Shown piece by piece: positions 1-8,724 of a stretch of 64,000 bases of DNA (the stretch's first letter is position 1; every line of letters begins with the position of its first letter). Made by a program: the position numbers and the translations under genes. Where the stretch lies: NCBI GenBank assembly GCA_035531595.1, contig DATKSN010000082.1, positions 20,478-84,477 on the forward strand, written 5' to 3'. The DNA is from Pirellulales bacterium (GTDB lineage: Bacteria > Planctomycetota > Planctomycetia > Pirellulales > JAICIG01). Under the pieces are notes generated by a model. That model was given only the letters and a program-made list of their open reading frames with translations. It was not told where the DNA came from and did not search any database.

Positions 1-1
1 C

Positions 2-916
2 AAAGTGCAGAAGAACGGCGGCAACGTCGCCAGTTATTTCCTGACCCCCAAGGGTCTCGTCGTCAACGCCGTGGTCGGGCCGGTGAAGGCCGACAAGCTC
101 TTGAGCGAGGCCCAATGGTCCGAGCAACTCTTCCAACAGATGTCGCCCTCGGAACAAATGGCGCCGCACCCGGCAGGCAAAGCGCTCACGCTGGTGCAGC
201 AGGCGCATACGGCCCAGGCCAACGATCGCGTCCATCAGCTCCTGGCCGAAAACCCACTGGCGCCGATCCACTACGTTTACGAATATGTGTTCGAGAAGCT
301 GGCCAACCAGAAGGTGGCCCAAGACCGTAGCGGCGCGATGACGGCGGCCGCCGGCCTGGAAAAGGCCCGTAAGGACGGGCGGCCCGTGCTGTTGGTGCTG
401 TTCAAGGGAAATGCCGACCATCCGGCCTATGACGCAGCGACCGAGGCGCTTCTCGGCAGGTTGTCCAGTTCGGCGGCGGCCCGGCCGGCGAAAAGCTGCC
501 TCGTCCTCCCGTTGCCGATCAACGAGTTGCCGGCGCTCTCGAACCTGGCCAACGTATCGGAATACAACTTGGCCGAGCGCACGACGCCAACGATGGTGCT
601 GGTACGCCCCAGCGGCGAGCAAATCGCCGCCATTCCGGCCTCGGTCGATCCGCGTGACTTGGCCTCCCAGCTTTGGGCGGCGGTGAACGAAGTGCGCTTC
701 GACAAGGCCCAGAAGCTGTTGGAGGCGGGCGAGAACAAGTCGGCGGCCATGTACCTGTCGCTGGTCAAGTCGTCGCCCACGAAGGGATCCGTGCGTGACA
801 GGGCCCAACAGCAATGGGAACAGATCCGAGCGGGTAAGCCGGTCAAGCCGACGACGGCCGCGGCCGTCGCCCAGGGCAAGTCCGACACCTCGGCGTCGGC
901 CGCTGCGGATCGTTAG
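2..916 (+). CDS. hypothetical protein, 5' end outside window (possible thioredoxin-fold module)
   Basis: The frame is open from the window edge to TAG at 914-916. The segment GRPVLLVLFKGNADHPAYD...MVLVRPSGEQIAAIP resembles a thioredoxin-like fold. The true start lies upstream of the window. Confidence 0.45.
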   Translation, partial: KVQKNGGNVASYFLTPKGLVVNAVVGPVKADKLLSEAQWSEQLFQQMSPSEQMAPHPAGKALTLVQQAHTAQANDRVHQLLAENPLAPIHYVYEYVFEKLANQKVAQDRSGAMTAAAGLEKARKDGRPVLLVLFKGNADHPAYDAATEALLGRLSSSAAARPAKSCLVLPLPINELPALSNLANVSEYNLAERTTPTMVLVRPSGEQIAAIPASVDPRDLASQLWAAVNEVRFDKAQKLLEAGENKSAAMYLSLVKSSPTKGSVRDRAQQQWEQIRAGKPVKPTTAAAVAQGKSDTSASAAADR

Positions 917-998
917 CCGTAGCGGAATTCGTGAGAATTCCGAACTTGGCGCGATGGGACCGATCTTGTACTTTGCTTCGGCCGAAGGAGATCATCCG

Positions 999-1496
999 AT
1001 GCAGCCGTTCGCCGAGGTACTGGCACATGACATCATGCGGGGAGAGTTGATCTGCGCCCATCCCGATCAATCGCTCGTCGAATTACGGCACCTGCTGATC
1101 GAATCGCACATTTCCGGGGCGCCGGTGGTCAGTGAAGGGCGATTGGTCGGCATCGTCAGCCGTAGCGACCTGGTGCGCGTGCGCGAATTGCTCGACGCGC
1201 TTGACGGGCAAGTGTACGGGTCGGAGGATTGGAACGAGAGTCAGGCCGACGGCTTCAAGCACCCGGCGCGCGAGGAGTTTCACGGCTTTCAGAAGCGGGC
1301 CGACCAACTCCGTGTCAAAGACGCGATGCGGGCCCAGGTATTGACCTGTTCGCCCGACACGCCGGTGGTCGAGTTGGCGGCGGAGATGGTGCGGCACCAT
1401 GTGCATCGCATCGTGGTGGTCGAGAACGACCGGCCGATCGGGATCATCAGCAGCCTTGACATCGCCGAACTCGTCGCCAAGGCGGCCATTTCCTGA
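999..1496 (+). CDS. CBS-domain pair protein
   Basis: Two CBS motifs are present (ISGAPVVSEGRLVGIVSRSDL and HRIVVVENDRPIGIISSLDI). ATG at 999 is preceded by GAAGGAG at 984-990. The ORF-track start at 795 overlaps the upstream gene and adds an Arg/Pro-rich shadow. Confidence 0.8.
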   Translation: MQPFAEVLAHDIMRGELICAHPDQSLVELRHLLIESHISGAPVVSEGRLVGIVSRSDLVRVRELLDALDGQVYGSEDWNESQADGFKHPAREEFHGFQKRADQLRVKDAMRAQVLTCSPDTPVVELAAEMVRHHVHRIVVVENDRPIGIISSLDIAELVAKAAIS

Positions 1497-1647
1497 GCCG
1501 GGCGAGCCTCGTCGCTGCGCTCCCGTTGTCTTTTGCACGCCCGTAGCGTTCGAGCGCCGTACCGTGCAGAGGAACTGGGCGTTCGACACGGCAGGGACAC
1601 GCGCACATGCGCGCAAAAAACGCGGCTTCGGCGCAGCCGAAACTGCG

Positions 1648-1810
1648 CACGAAAAAACTGGCAAAACCGTACCTGTACCGACAAGGAAATCCGTCTCGGC
1701 GGATTGCCCGGCTTTAGACGGTCAAGACTTCCTCCCACGCACCGCGCCGTCGTGCCACTCGCCACGAAGCTTTCGTCGGGTAAAGGTACGGTTTTGCCAG
1801 TTTTTTCGTG
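1648..1810. repeat. 26-bp perfect inverted repeat (CACGAAAAAACTGGCAAAACCGTACC / GGTACGGTTTTGCCAGTTTTTTCGTG) with 111-bp spacer
   Basis: I read the arms directly at 1648-1673 and 1785-1810. The region is non-coding. Confidence 0.85.
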
Positions 1811-2134
1811 GCCGCGCCGCGCTCGGCCGCGTTGCCGTTCGCAACCGTACCGTTTCCGTTTCGGATGCTGTTCTCGCCGCGGCGCAGGGAGTTGCCGGCG
1901 CGTCGATCACGCTGGAATCATGGCGCGAGATCGTTGAGGTCGCGTACGAGGAGGCGCTAGTGTCTTGGGCGCCGACAGCGCGATTGACGAGCTCGGGCGC
2001 GCCGACGCCGTCGCCGGGTACGTGACGATCTCCTCATTGAACCGCGCGCTGGAACGCGAGCACGAGCGCGCCGCGGCGCGCCGGCCAGGTTACGAAGATT
2101 AGAAGATTAATCGCCCTCTGAGCATCGGCGCGTC

Positions 2135-2273
2135 GCGAAAAAAAACGATTCCGAAACCCCTCCCAAAGCGATCCAAAAGAGCGTGGGGTAAGGCGAAGGG
2201 GGCGCGGTAATTGGATGCCGCTTACGCGGCTCGCTCAGACGTCATGGGGTATTCGGAAGTCGTTTTTTTTCGC
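2135..2273. repeat. imperfect inverted repeat with A8/T8 tracts around an 85-bp spacer
   Basis: GCGAAAAAAAACGATTCCGAAACCCC (2135-2160) pairs with GGGGTATTCGGAAGTCGTTTTTTTTCGC (2246-2273), with two indels. An inner hairpin GCCGC-TTAC-GCGGC lies at 2217-2230 and reads as a GUAA tetraloop on the minus strand. Confidence 0.7.
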
Positions 2274-2544
2274 TTCGCTGCAGTTTTCTTTCGCACGTCC
2301 GTTGCTGCGCAACGTGCGTGCTTTTTTCGTAAAATGATCCTTCCTGATTCGTGGGCCGCTCCGCGGACCCGGTGAGCTTGCGCCGCGGGTTCGTGTGACG
2401 GCCGTCTGCGCTCGTTCCCCTGGACCATGAATAATCCGGGCTCGGCAAAACCGGCGCCGCCGTCAAAATATCCGCAAGTTGCTAAGACCAAGGGTCGATA
2501 TAAGTAGACCAAGGCACCTTCCCAGCTGTAGATGCGCCATATCG

Positions 2545-4038
2545 ATGAACCAGCCCCCCCGCCAACGGGCCAACCCGACGAGTTGCCTGGCCGCGCCAGA
2601 GCCGAACGGGAAGCCACGTTCGGCCCCTGGAGATTGGTGCTGGCGGAATCGAATTCCGCTGGCGTTGGCCGGGTTTTTTCTGGCCTACGCCGCGGCGTTT
2701 GTGGCGAAGGGGGAGCAGAGCGAGTGGTACGATGTGTTCGTTCTCGCGGCCCGGCGAATGCAACGTGGCGAGCCGCTGCAAGATTTTCCCTCGAACTACA
2801 CGTATCCGCCGGCCATGGCGATGTTGGCCACGCCGCTATGCCACCTGTCGGCGAGCGTCTCCTTGGCGGCCTGGTATCTGGTCAACGTCGTCGCGGCGGT
2901 GGCGGTGGTGACGTGCGCCTGGGGGCTGGCCGGCGGACCGCCGCTGTGGCGCCTGCCGCCGCGCTGGCAGAGTGTCTTCTGGATCGGCCTGCTGCTCGGC
3001 GGGCGATGGTTCGTGGCGCCGCTGGAGCACCAGCAGTTCGACATGGTCATCGCAGCCCTGCTCTTGGCCGGTTGCCGCGCCGGCCAGAACGGCCGCCAGC
3101 GGCTGGGGGCCGTACTGATCGGTGTCTCGGCGAGCATGAAATGCGTCCCCTTGCTGTTTGCCCCCTATTTGCTATGGCGAGGAAAGCCCCAAGCGGCGCT
3201 GCTGGTGGTGGCCGTGGCGGTGGGAATCAATCTGCTCCCCGATCTGTTCTTTCCCCGCTCCGACGGCGGACTTCACTGGGTTGCCTGGGCCCAGGTTTAT
3301 CTGCTCGCGCCCGCGCGTGTCGCGCCCGGTGGCTGGCTGACCGACCCGCTGCAAAACCAGTCGTTGGCCGGCCTATTCGACCATTTATTTCGCTTCGGCT
3401 TGCCGGTTTCGACGGCCCTAATCCACGGCGTGGAGTTGCCACCCGGCGCCGCCCTGCCGATGCGATGGCTGACCTACGCGACCGCCGCCGTTTTAACGGC
3501 CTATTCCGTATGGCGGTGCGGCAGCCCGTGGCGCCCCCTCGCGCCCGCCGCCGCCCCCTCGCCCGCTCCCGCGAATTGGAATCAAGTGCGAACGGGCGTC
3601 GAAGCGGCGATCGTCGTTTGTCTCCAACTCTTGTTGAGCCCGATGACCGGCAAGGCCCATTTTGTCGTCTTGTTATTGCCCTGCTTTCTATTTGCCCGGC
3701 AACTGGTCGAACGAACGACGCGCGCGCGCCTGGCGCTGCTGGCGGCCTTGCTCGTCTGCGGTCCTTTGACGACCAAGGGGTTGACTGGCATGACGTTGGG
3801 TGACTTGACGCTCGCCTGGAGCGTACCCACCTGGTTCATCCTGGGGCTGCTTTGGGCGATGTGGTCGCTCCTGGCGACGATCCAGCGAGACTGCCCGGCC
3901 GAGGCCGGAATGCCCTCCATGACGGCTTGTGCCGCAGCCGCATCCTCGCCACCGGCAAATCGGGTCATTCATGGCTTCTCGTCCTCTTCACCTTCGGTCT
4001 TCGTCGCATCGGGATCCGTGACGACGCGCTCAAATTGA
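2545..4038 (+). CDS. polytopic membrane glycosyltransferase, GT87/DUF2029-like
   Basis: The protein has many TM helices. The pattern NYTYPPAMAML ... GVSASMKCVPLLFAPYLLWRGK is typical of the DUF2029/GT87 family. I chose ATG at 2545. The 3' tail overlaps the convergent gene by 70 nt. Confidence 0.65.
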   Translation: MNQPPRQRANPTSCLAAPEPNGKPRSAPGDWCWRNRIPLALAGFFLAYAAAFVAKGEQSEWYDVFVLAARRMQRGEPLQDFPSNYTYPPAMAMLATPLCHLSASVSLAAWYLVNVVAAVAVVTCAWGLAGGPPLWRLPPRWQSVFWIGLLLGGRWFVAPLEHQQFDMVIAALLLAGCRAGQNGRQRLGAVLIGVSASMKCVPLLFAPYLLWRGKPQAALLVVAVAVGINLLPDLFFPRSDGGLHWVAWAQVYLLAPARVAPGGWLTDPLQNQSLAGLFDHLFRFGLPVSTALIHGVELPPGAALPMRWLTYATAAVLTAYSVWRCGSPWRPLAPAAAPSPAPANWNQVRTGVEAAIVVCLQLLLSPMTGKAHFVVLLLPCFLFARQLVERTTRARLALLAALLVCGPLTTKGLTGMTLGDLTLAWSVPTWFILGLLWAMWSLLATIQRDCPAEAGMPSMTACAAAASSPPANRVIHGFSSSSPSVFVASGSVTTRSN

Positions 4039-4856
4039 AGGTGGTAGGTGTGGTCGGCGTTGTGGCTGAAGGTGTCGTCGCCGCCGCGAACCGCTTGCCA
4101 AACCTGCTTTTCCTTGTAGCTGGCGATCAGCTTGCAATGCGAGAAGCGAGCCAACGCATAGTGCCATCGCGGACCCGCGTCGGTGCGGAGGGCCTCGACG
4201 AGCATGAATAACTCCGGATCGGTCCCGACGGCACAGACATAGGCGAACAGTGCCCCGTCAATCACGTCCGCGTCCGCGCTGTCGTCACGGTAGAACGGCT
4301 GGGGCAACAATCGCAACTGGCGCCGGTCGCCTTCGGGCGTGGTGCTGGTCCCGGAAAAGTCGCGCGCGATCGCGCGCATTTGCGCTAGTCTGGCTGCGGG
4401 CGCCGCCGCTGGCTCGGGCGCATCGTCGAGCAGCCGCCGTTGCGTACCCGCCTTGGGTGACCACCGGCTGGGGCCACCGCGTACCGCGCTCAACTTCACG
4501 GGCGACAAACTGTGCAGTTCGTGCGACAGCGAACGACTCCCGTCTGATTGGCGGGACATGAAGAAGCAGCCCACGGCTTCGACGCAACCGTGATAGGTCC
4601 AGACATACACCGCGCCGTGTTGTCCCCCGGTTTGAGCAGCGTGGGTCCATTTGTAGACGGACTGGTGTTTCAATTCCAATCGCTGCTCGGATTCGGGATC
4701 GCGGTAAATCTCGTATTGCGCCGCAGTCCGCTCATAGAGTTTGAGCCACGGCGCCTGGCCGTTGGGGTAGGCCGGCTTCTCCGGCGCGGCGCCGACGGCG
4801 TCCGGTTCCGCCCCGATCACCGCGAACAATGCGCACGTCGCCAGGCTTACGTTCAT
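3969..4856 (-). CDS. hypothetical secreted protein
   Basis: ATG at 4856 is preceded by AAAGGAGGCG. The N-terminal signal-like sequence is MNVSLATCALFAVIGAEP. I recognised no domain. Confidence 0.55.
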   Translation of the reverse strand: MNVSLATCALFAVIGAEPDAVGAAPEKPAYPNGQAPWLKLYERTAAQYEIYRDPESEQRLELKHQSVYKWTHAAQTGGQHGAVYVWTYHGCVEAVGCFFMSRQSDGSRSLSHELHSLSPVKLSAVRGGPSRWSPKAGTQRRLLDDAPEPAAAPAARLAQMRAIARDFSGTSTTPEGDRRQLRLLPQPFYRDDSADADVIDGALFAYVCAVGTDPELFMLVEALRTDAGPRWHYALARFSHCKLIASYKEKQVWQAVRGGDDTFSHNADHTYHLQFERVVTDPDATKTEGEEDEKP

Positions 4857-5030
4857 CCAGCGCCTCCTTTCAATCTTTCGTTCGCCCCGAATCAGCGGAA
4901 TTCTATTTGGGCTTGGCCCCGTCTGGATCATCCGGATCTTCAGCCGCGATTTCAGGGACGACCTTTTTGAGATAAAAATCGAACGTGTACGGCGGTCGGT
5001 TCGCAACGACGATCACCGGCCTGAACACGG

Positions 5031-6545
5031 TCACGGTAGCATCCCGGTGGGAGCGGCGGTTCGCTTCAACTCCGCGACGAGCGCTTCGCGGAGGCGCGCC
5101 CGTCGTTCCGCGTGCTTGGGCGCGTCGATTTGGTTCTTCAACTCGTCCGGATCGGAAGCGAGGTCGTAGAGTTCCTCGGGCACGCCGGGCTTGAGGTAGC
5201 GAATGTACTTCCATCCGTCGTGGACGACAGCCGTGTACCATGGCACCTTCGCGTAGATGGCCCCCTTCGGATTGTCGCGCATCAACTTCGCCACGTCGTC
5301 GCCGAAGTCGTGGCCGGTGTGCTCGTACAGGCATGGGTGCGGCCACTCGGCGGCGGGGTTCTTCAACAGCGGGCTGAGGTCGCGGCCGTGCAGTCCGTCC
5401 GGCGGTTTCACCCCGGCGAGCGCGAAGATGGTGGCGACCAGGTCCGGGGCGTTCGGCGTCTGCTGGCATGCCTTTCCGGCGGCGACCGTGCCGGGCATCG
5501 AGACAATCAGCGGCGAGCGGTAGCTGACGTCGTACGGGGCGATCTTCATCCGCAGCCCGTGCTCACCCATTGCGAAACCCTGGTCCGCGGTGTAGATCAC
5601 CAGCGTGTTCTCCAGTTGCCCGCTCTCTTTCAGGGCGGCGATCAACTCGCCGACGCCCTCGTCGAGGGCCGGCACGCACTCGTTCACCTGTCGCACCCAG
5701 TCCGCGAACCCGGTCCCCTTGGCACCGGCCTCGTCGCCCACCTTCTCGTCGGTCATGCCGGCGACGACGTTCCCGTCGGCGGTCTTCCGCCAGGCGAGCG
5801 TGTTCTTCAGGTAGTCGGGTTTGCCGGGCCAGGGGCCGAGGAGGTCGGCTGGCTCAGGGACTTTCGCATCGCGGTACATGCCCTTGTGCCGCGCCGCGGG
5901 CTTCGACGGGCCGTGGATGCTACCGTAGCACACCCACAGAAACCACGGTTTGCTTTTGTCCCGCGGCGCGCCTTTGACGTACTCGACGGCCCATTTCGTG
6001 TCGTTGTCCGACGGATAGCCGTCCTGCCACTTTTCCTCGCCGTTGAACGCGAGCAGTTGCTTCTCGTAATACGCCCAGGCATTCTCCGGGTGCTTTGGCC
6101 GGTTCCACACGATCTGGTAATCCCAGTCGCGGCCAAACCCGGCGTCGGATCCGGTGTGCCATTTGCCGATCTGGGCCGTGTGGTAGCCGTTCTCGCGGAA
6201 CAGTGCCGGCCAGAACGGGCACTGCTTCGGGTCGTAGGTGCTGCCTGGGTATTGCCCTTCCATCCGCATCGACTGGATGCCGTGCGGCTGGTGGCCGGTC
6301 AGGATCGAAGCGCGGGACGGCATACACCACCCGCCCAGGTAGGCGCCGTGGAACCGCACGCCCGATTTCGCCAGCGCGTCGATGTGCGGGGTCTTCACCC
6401 ACGGCCATGACTCAGGGTAGCAGCCGACCGTTTTGTACGATTGGTCGTCGGCGTAGATCAGCAAGATGTTCGGCTTGCGCGGCGGCTCCGCGGCTTGAGC
6501 CGCCGGGGCCGTCAGAAGACAAGCGAGGAGAAGGGATGATCGCAT
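5031..6545 (-). CDS. sulfatase (formylglycine-dependent arylsulfatase family)
   Basis: The signal peptide is MRSSLLLACLLTAPAAQA. It is followed by NILLIYADDQSY and the sulfatase signature CMPSRASILTG. Confidence 0.9.
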   Translation of the reverse strand: MRSSLLLACLLTAPAAQAAEPPRKPNILLIYADDQSYKTVGCYPESWPWVKTPHIDALAKSGVRFHGAYLGGWCMPSRASILTGHQPHGIQSMRMEGQYPGSTYDPKQCPFWPALFRENGYHTAQIGKWHTGSDAGFGRDWDYQIVWNRPKHPENAWAYYEKQLLAFNGEEKWQDGYPSDNDTKWAVEYVKGAPRDKSKPWFLWVCYGSIHGPSKPAARHKGMYRDAKVPEPADLLGPWPGKPDYLKNTLAWRKTADGNVVAGMTDEKVGDEAGAKGTGFADWVRQVNECVPALDEGVGELIAALKESGQLENTLVIYTADQGFAMGEHGLRMKIAPYDVSYRSPLIVSMPGTVAAGKACQQTPNAPDLVATIFALAGVKPPDGLHGRDLSPLLKNPAAEWPHPCLYEHTGHDFGDDVAKLMRDNPKGAIYAKVPWYTAVVHDGWKYIRYLKPGVPEELYDLASDPDELKNQIDAPKHAERRARLREALVAELKRTAAPTGMLP

Positions 6546-6698
6546 GTGGCGCCACCAGTGAGGGACATGCTGGGAATCCGTTACGCGGCTAACTTTCCGC
6601 CAGTTATTCGACCACCCTGCAAGCCGACCGTCAAGCGGGCTGCCGGATTCTACAAGAAGGCCAAGAAGAAGTCGGCGAAAAAGAAGAAGTAGCTTATA

Positions 6699-6854
6699 TA
6701 TACTGCACGCGGCCGAGAATGAGACGTTCACGGTGGCTGGGGCAGAGCCTAAGCGATGCCCCGGTCGCAATGTAGCCGGGGCATCGCTTACGCTCTCCCA
6801 CCAGCCACCACCTTCTCGTGACAAAATGTCTCATTCTTGGCCGCGTGCAGTATA
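6699..6854 (+). repeat. PAL-A nested palindromic repeat, full copy (156 bp)
   Basis: The outer arms are TATACTGCACGCGGCCGAGAATGAGAC and GTCTCATTCTTGGCCGCGTGCAGTATA. The inner arms are GGTGGCTGGGGCAGAGCCTAAGCGATGCCCCGG and CCGGGGCATCGCTTACGCTCTCCCACCAGCCACC. Confidence 0.9.
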
Positions 6855-7137
6855 GTGTGACGGCAGACTGCGCGCGTTCTCCCCGGAACCACGATTCACT
6901 GCTGTCCCGCCAGTGGCGGCTCCCAATTGTCGCCCCACAGGGACAACCGCGGCGGAGGCGGACCCCAACTCACGGCTTACAGAGCGAGAAAACAACGGGA
7001 TCTGCTTCTGGCCCCGCCGAGACGTCGGCCATTCCCTCACCCTTTCTTACGCGTCCGGCGGCACATCGTCGAGGATCCACAGGATGCGTTTTCCCAGGGC
7101 CGCCAGGTACAAGTTAGAAAACAAAGTTGCCGAAAAC

Positions 7138-7287
7138 ATCGTCACAATCGTCACAATCGTCACGCGGCATCCGGCTGACAGCCGCAACCGGTTGCAGGCA
7201 AAAGGCTTGCGCCGGAAAAGATCGCTTCCCCATCGTGTCGGTGGAATCGTCAGCCCATCGTCAGCAAATCGTCAGCCCATCGTCACC
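7138..7287. repeat. two phased arrays of the heptamer ATCGTCA(C/G)
   Basis: There are three copies at 9-bp period (7138-7163). There are four to five copies at about 11-bp period (7232-7287: AATCGTCAGCCCATCGTCAGCAAATCGTCAGCCCATCGTCACC). Confidence 0.8.
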
Positions 7288-7402
7288 GGCACGCCGCCGC
7301 GTCGGCGGCCGTCGGTTGTGGCGATGGATTCATGCCTGCCCAGCCAGCCCAGTTTATCGCAAGATGATGGATGTCTTCTTTCTCATTCTCGCCTTTCTCC
7401 GC

Positions 7403-7732
7403 TCACGGCGGCGTGGCCACCGCCGCCGGCCTATAGGTTCCCGGACTGGCGGAAGTTACGGCGGCGACGATCTCGGATTTCATGGCTTCCAGCACCGGGA
7501 GTCGATTCGTCGGTAGCTCCACGATGGCCAAGCGCCGACCCCCCAGGTTCTGTTGATATCGTAAGTTTTTGTCGGCGGTAACAAAAACGTCGTAGTTGCC
7601 TTCCAGTAGCGCGAGCAGCGCACCATTGGCGATGCCCGCCACGCCGAGTTCTTGGACGGTCGTCACCTGATGGTTGGAAACAAAGAAACCAATGAGCGCG
7701 CGCGGCAAATTCTCATCAAGCACGATCCGCAT
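7403..7732 (-). CDS. DUF5615-type (PIN-like) toxin
   Basis: MRIVLDENLPRAL...DVFVTADKNL is the DUF5615 pattern. The gene overlaps the upstream DUF433 gene by 17 nt. Confidence 0.7.
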   Translation of the reverse strand: MRIVLDENLPRALIGFFVSNHQVTTVQELGVAGIANGALLALLEGNYDVFVTADKNLRYQQNLGGRRLAIVELPTNRLPVLEAMKSEIVAAVTSASPGTYRPAAVATPP

Positions 7733-7937
7733 CGGCTTCACCCCGCGCGAGGCGTAGGAACTCCGCGGCGTCTTCACGGTCTACGGAGGGGAACATCTCC
7801 AGGAATTCGTCGAGTGTGTATCCGTCGTCGAGGTAGTCGAGCAATGTCTGCGCCGGTACGCGACTTGCGCGGAAGACGAGTGTGCCCCGCATTACGGCAG
7901 GGTCCGAACGCACTGGACTGTGGTGCAGGATCACCAT
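7716..7937 (-). CDS. DUF433 antitoxin
   Basis: SDPAVMRGTLVFRASRVPAQTLLDYLDDGYTLDEFLEMFPSVDREDAAEFL matches the DUF433 consensus. I chose ATG at 7937. Confidence 0.75.
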   Translation of the reverse strand: MVILHHSPVRSDPAVMRGTLVFRASRVPAQTLLDYLDDGYTLDEFLEMFPSVDREDAAEFLRLARGEADADRA

Positions 7938-8064
7938 AACTTGAAGGCTACCGAACTCTCGTCCGTGCGTCAAGCAATCGCTCCCTACCCCAGCAACGCC
8001 CGAATCGCTTGTGCGAGTGCCCACCCCGGTACAGAATGAACCGAAACAAGGTATGGGAGGATCC

Positions 8065-8310
8065 ATGACGACTAAGACTCTGCACGGGCGGGTCCACGGC
8101 AAGACCATTGAACTCGATCATAACCTCGGAGTGGCCGAAGGCCAGGAGGTTGAGGTCCAGGTGAAGCTAGTTCAACCGGCGGGGAAATGGGGCGAAGGTA
8201 TACTTCGCACCGCGGGGGCGTTAGCCGACGATCCGCATTGGGATGCGATCATGGAGGAAATTCATCAAGCCCGCAAAGTTGAACGTCGCCCCCAGGGGGA
8301 GCTTGAATGA
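8065..8310 (+). CDS. VapB-like antitoxin (small beta-strand N-terminus)
   Basis: ATG at 8065 follows GGGAGGA. The sequence starts [29 protein letters not shown]. The stop overlaps the vapC start (ATGA). Confidence 0.6.
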   Translation: MTTKTLHGRVHGKTIELDHNLGVAEGQEVEVQVKLVQPAGKWGEGILRTAGALADDPHWDAIMEEIHQARKVERRPQGELE

Positions 8311-8705
8311 CGCACGTTCTGGATACGAACATCTGTTCGGCACACATGCGGCATCCGGCTGGGCTGGCCCACCGCTTCTTCCAGTACGGTGGCGGAATCA
8401 CCATCTCAGCGGTGGTCTTGGTGGAGTTGTATGCCGGAGCCTATAAGCATCCCAACCCGCCCAAGTTGCTGGCCCTCATCGCTGATTTGCTTCAGGAGGT
8501 GACGGTGCTGGATTTTGATGCGGCATGTGCGGAGCAGTTCGGCAAATTGCAAGGTGGCCTGTTGCAGCAAGGAATCACGGTTCCTGTCGCGGATCTGATG
8601 ATTGCATCCGTTGCCTTGATCCACAATTTGACGCTCGTGACAAACAATACGGCTGATTTTCAGAAGATCCGCGGCCTACGGCTTGACGACTGGCTGACTC
8701 CCTGA
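8307..8705 (+). CDS. vapC: PIN-domain toxin VapC
   Basis: PIN acidic residues are present: [17 protein letters not shown] and TNNTADF. Confidence 0.85.
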   Translation: MTHVLDTNICSAHMRHPAGLAHRFFQYGGGITISAVVLVELYAGAYKHPNPPKLLALIADLLQEVTVLDFDAACAEQFGKLQGGLLQQGITVPVADLMIASVALIHNLTLVTNNTADFQKIRGLRLDDWLTP

Positions 8706-8724
8706 GGCGGGTGCATGATACCGA

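Noticed and set aside
795-998. N-terminal extension of the CBS ORF (ORF-track start at 795).
   Set aside because: It overlaps the upstream gene by 120 nt and is Arg/Pro/Ser-rich. A strong RBS precedes the internal ATG at 999.
1399-2025. A 208-aa ORF spanning the inverted-repeat region.
   Set aside because: It overlaps the CBS gene out of frame and runs through both arms of a perfect palindrome. Its composition is shadow-like. Only a short, start-less tail (ITLESWREIVEVAYEEALV) looks protein-like.
5112-6410. Very long ORFs antisense to real genes. Examples: 5112-6410(+), 9055-10509(+), 11909-13039(-), 20543-21832(+), 24302-25939(-), 26299-27591(-), 40549-41859(+), 43211-45439(+), 45927-47231(+), 47359-48546(-), 61836-62903(-).
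   Set aside because: Their translations are Arg/Pro/Gly/Ala-rich with no motifs, while the opposite strand encodes clearly recognisable proteins. They are typical stop-poor shadow frames of high-GC DNA.
6913-7581. A 222-aa ORF across the ATCGTCA arrays.
   Set aside because: Its translation is driven by the tandem repeats (IVTIVTIVT) and Arg/Pro-rich filler. It overlaps the DUF5615 gene on the other strand.
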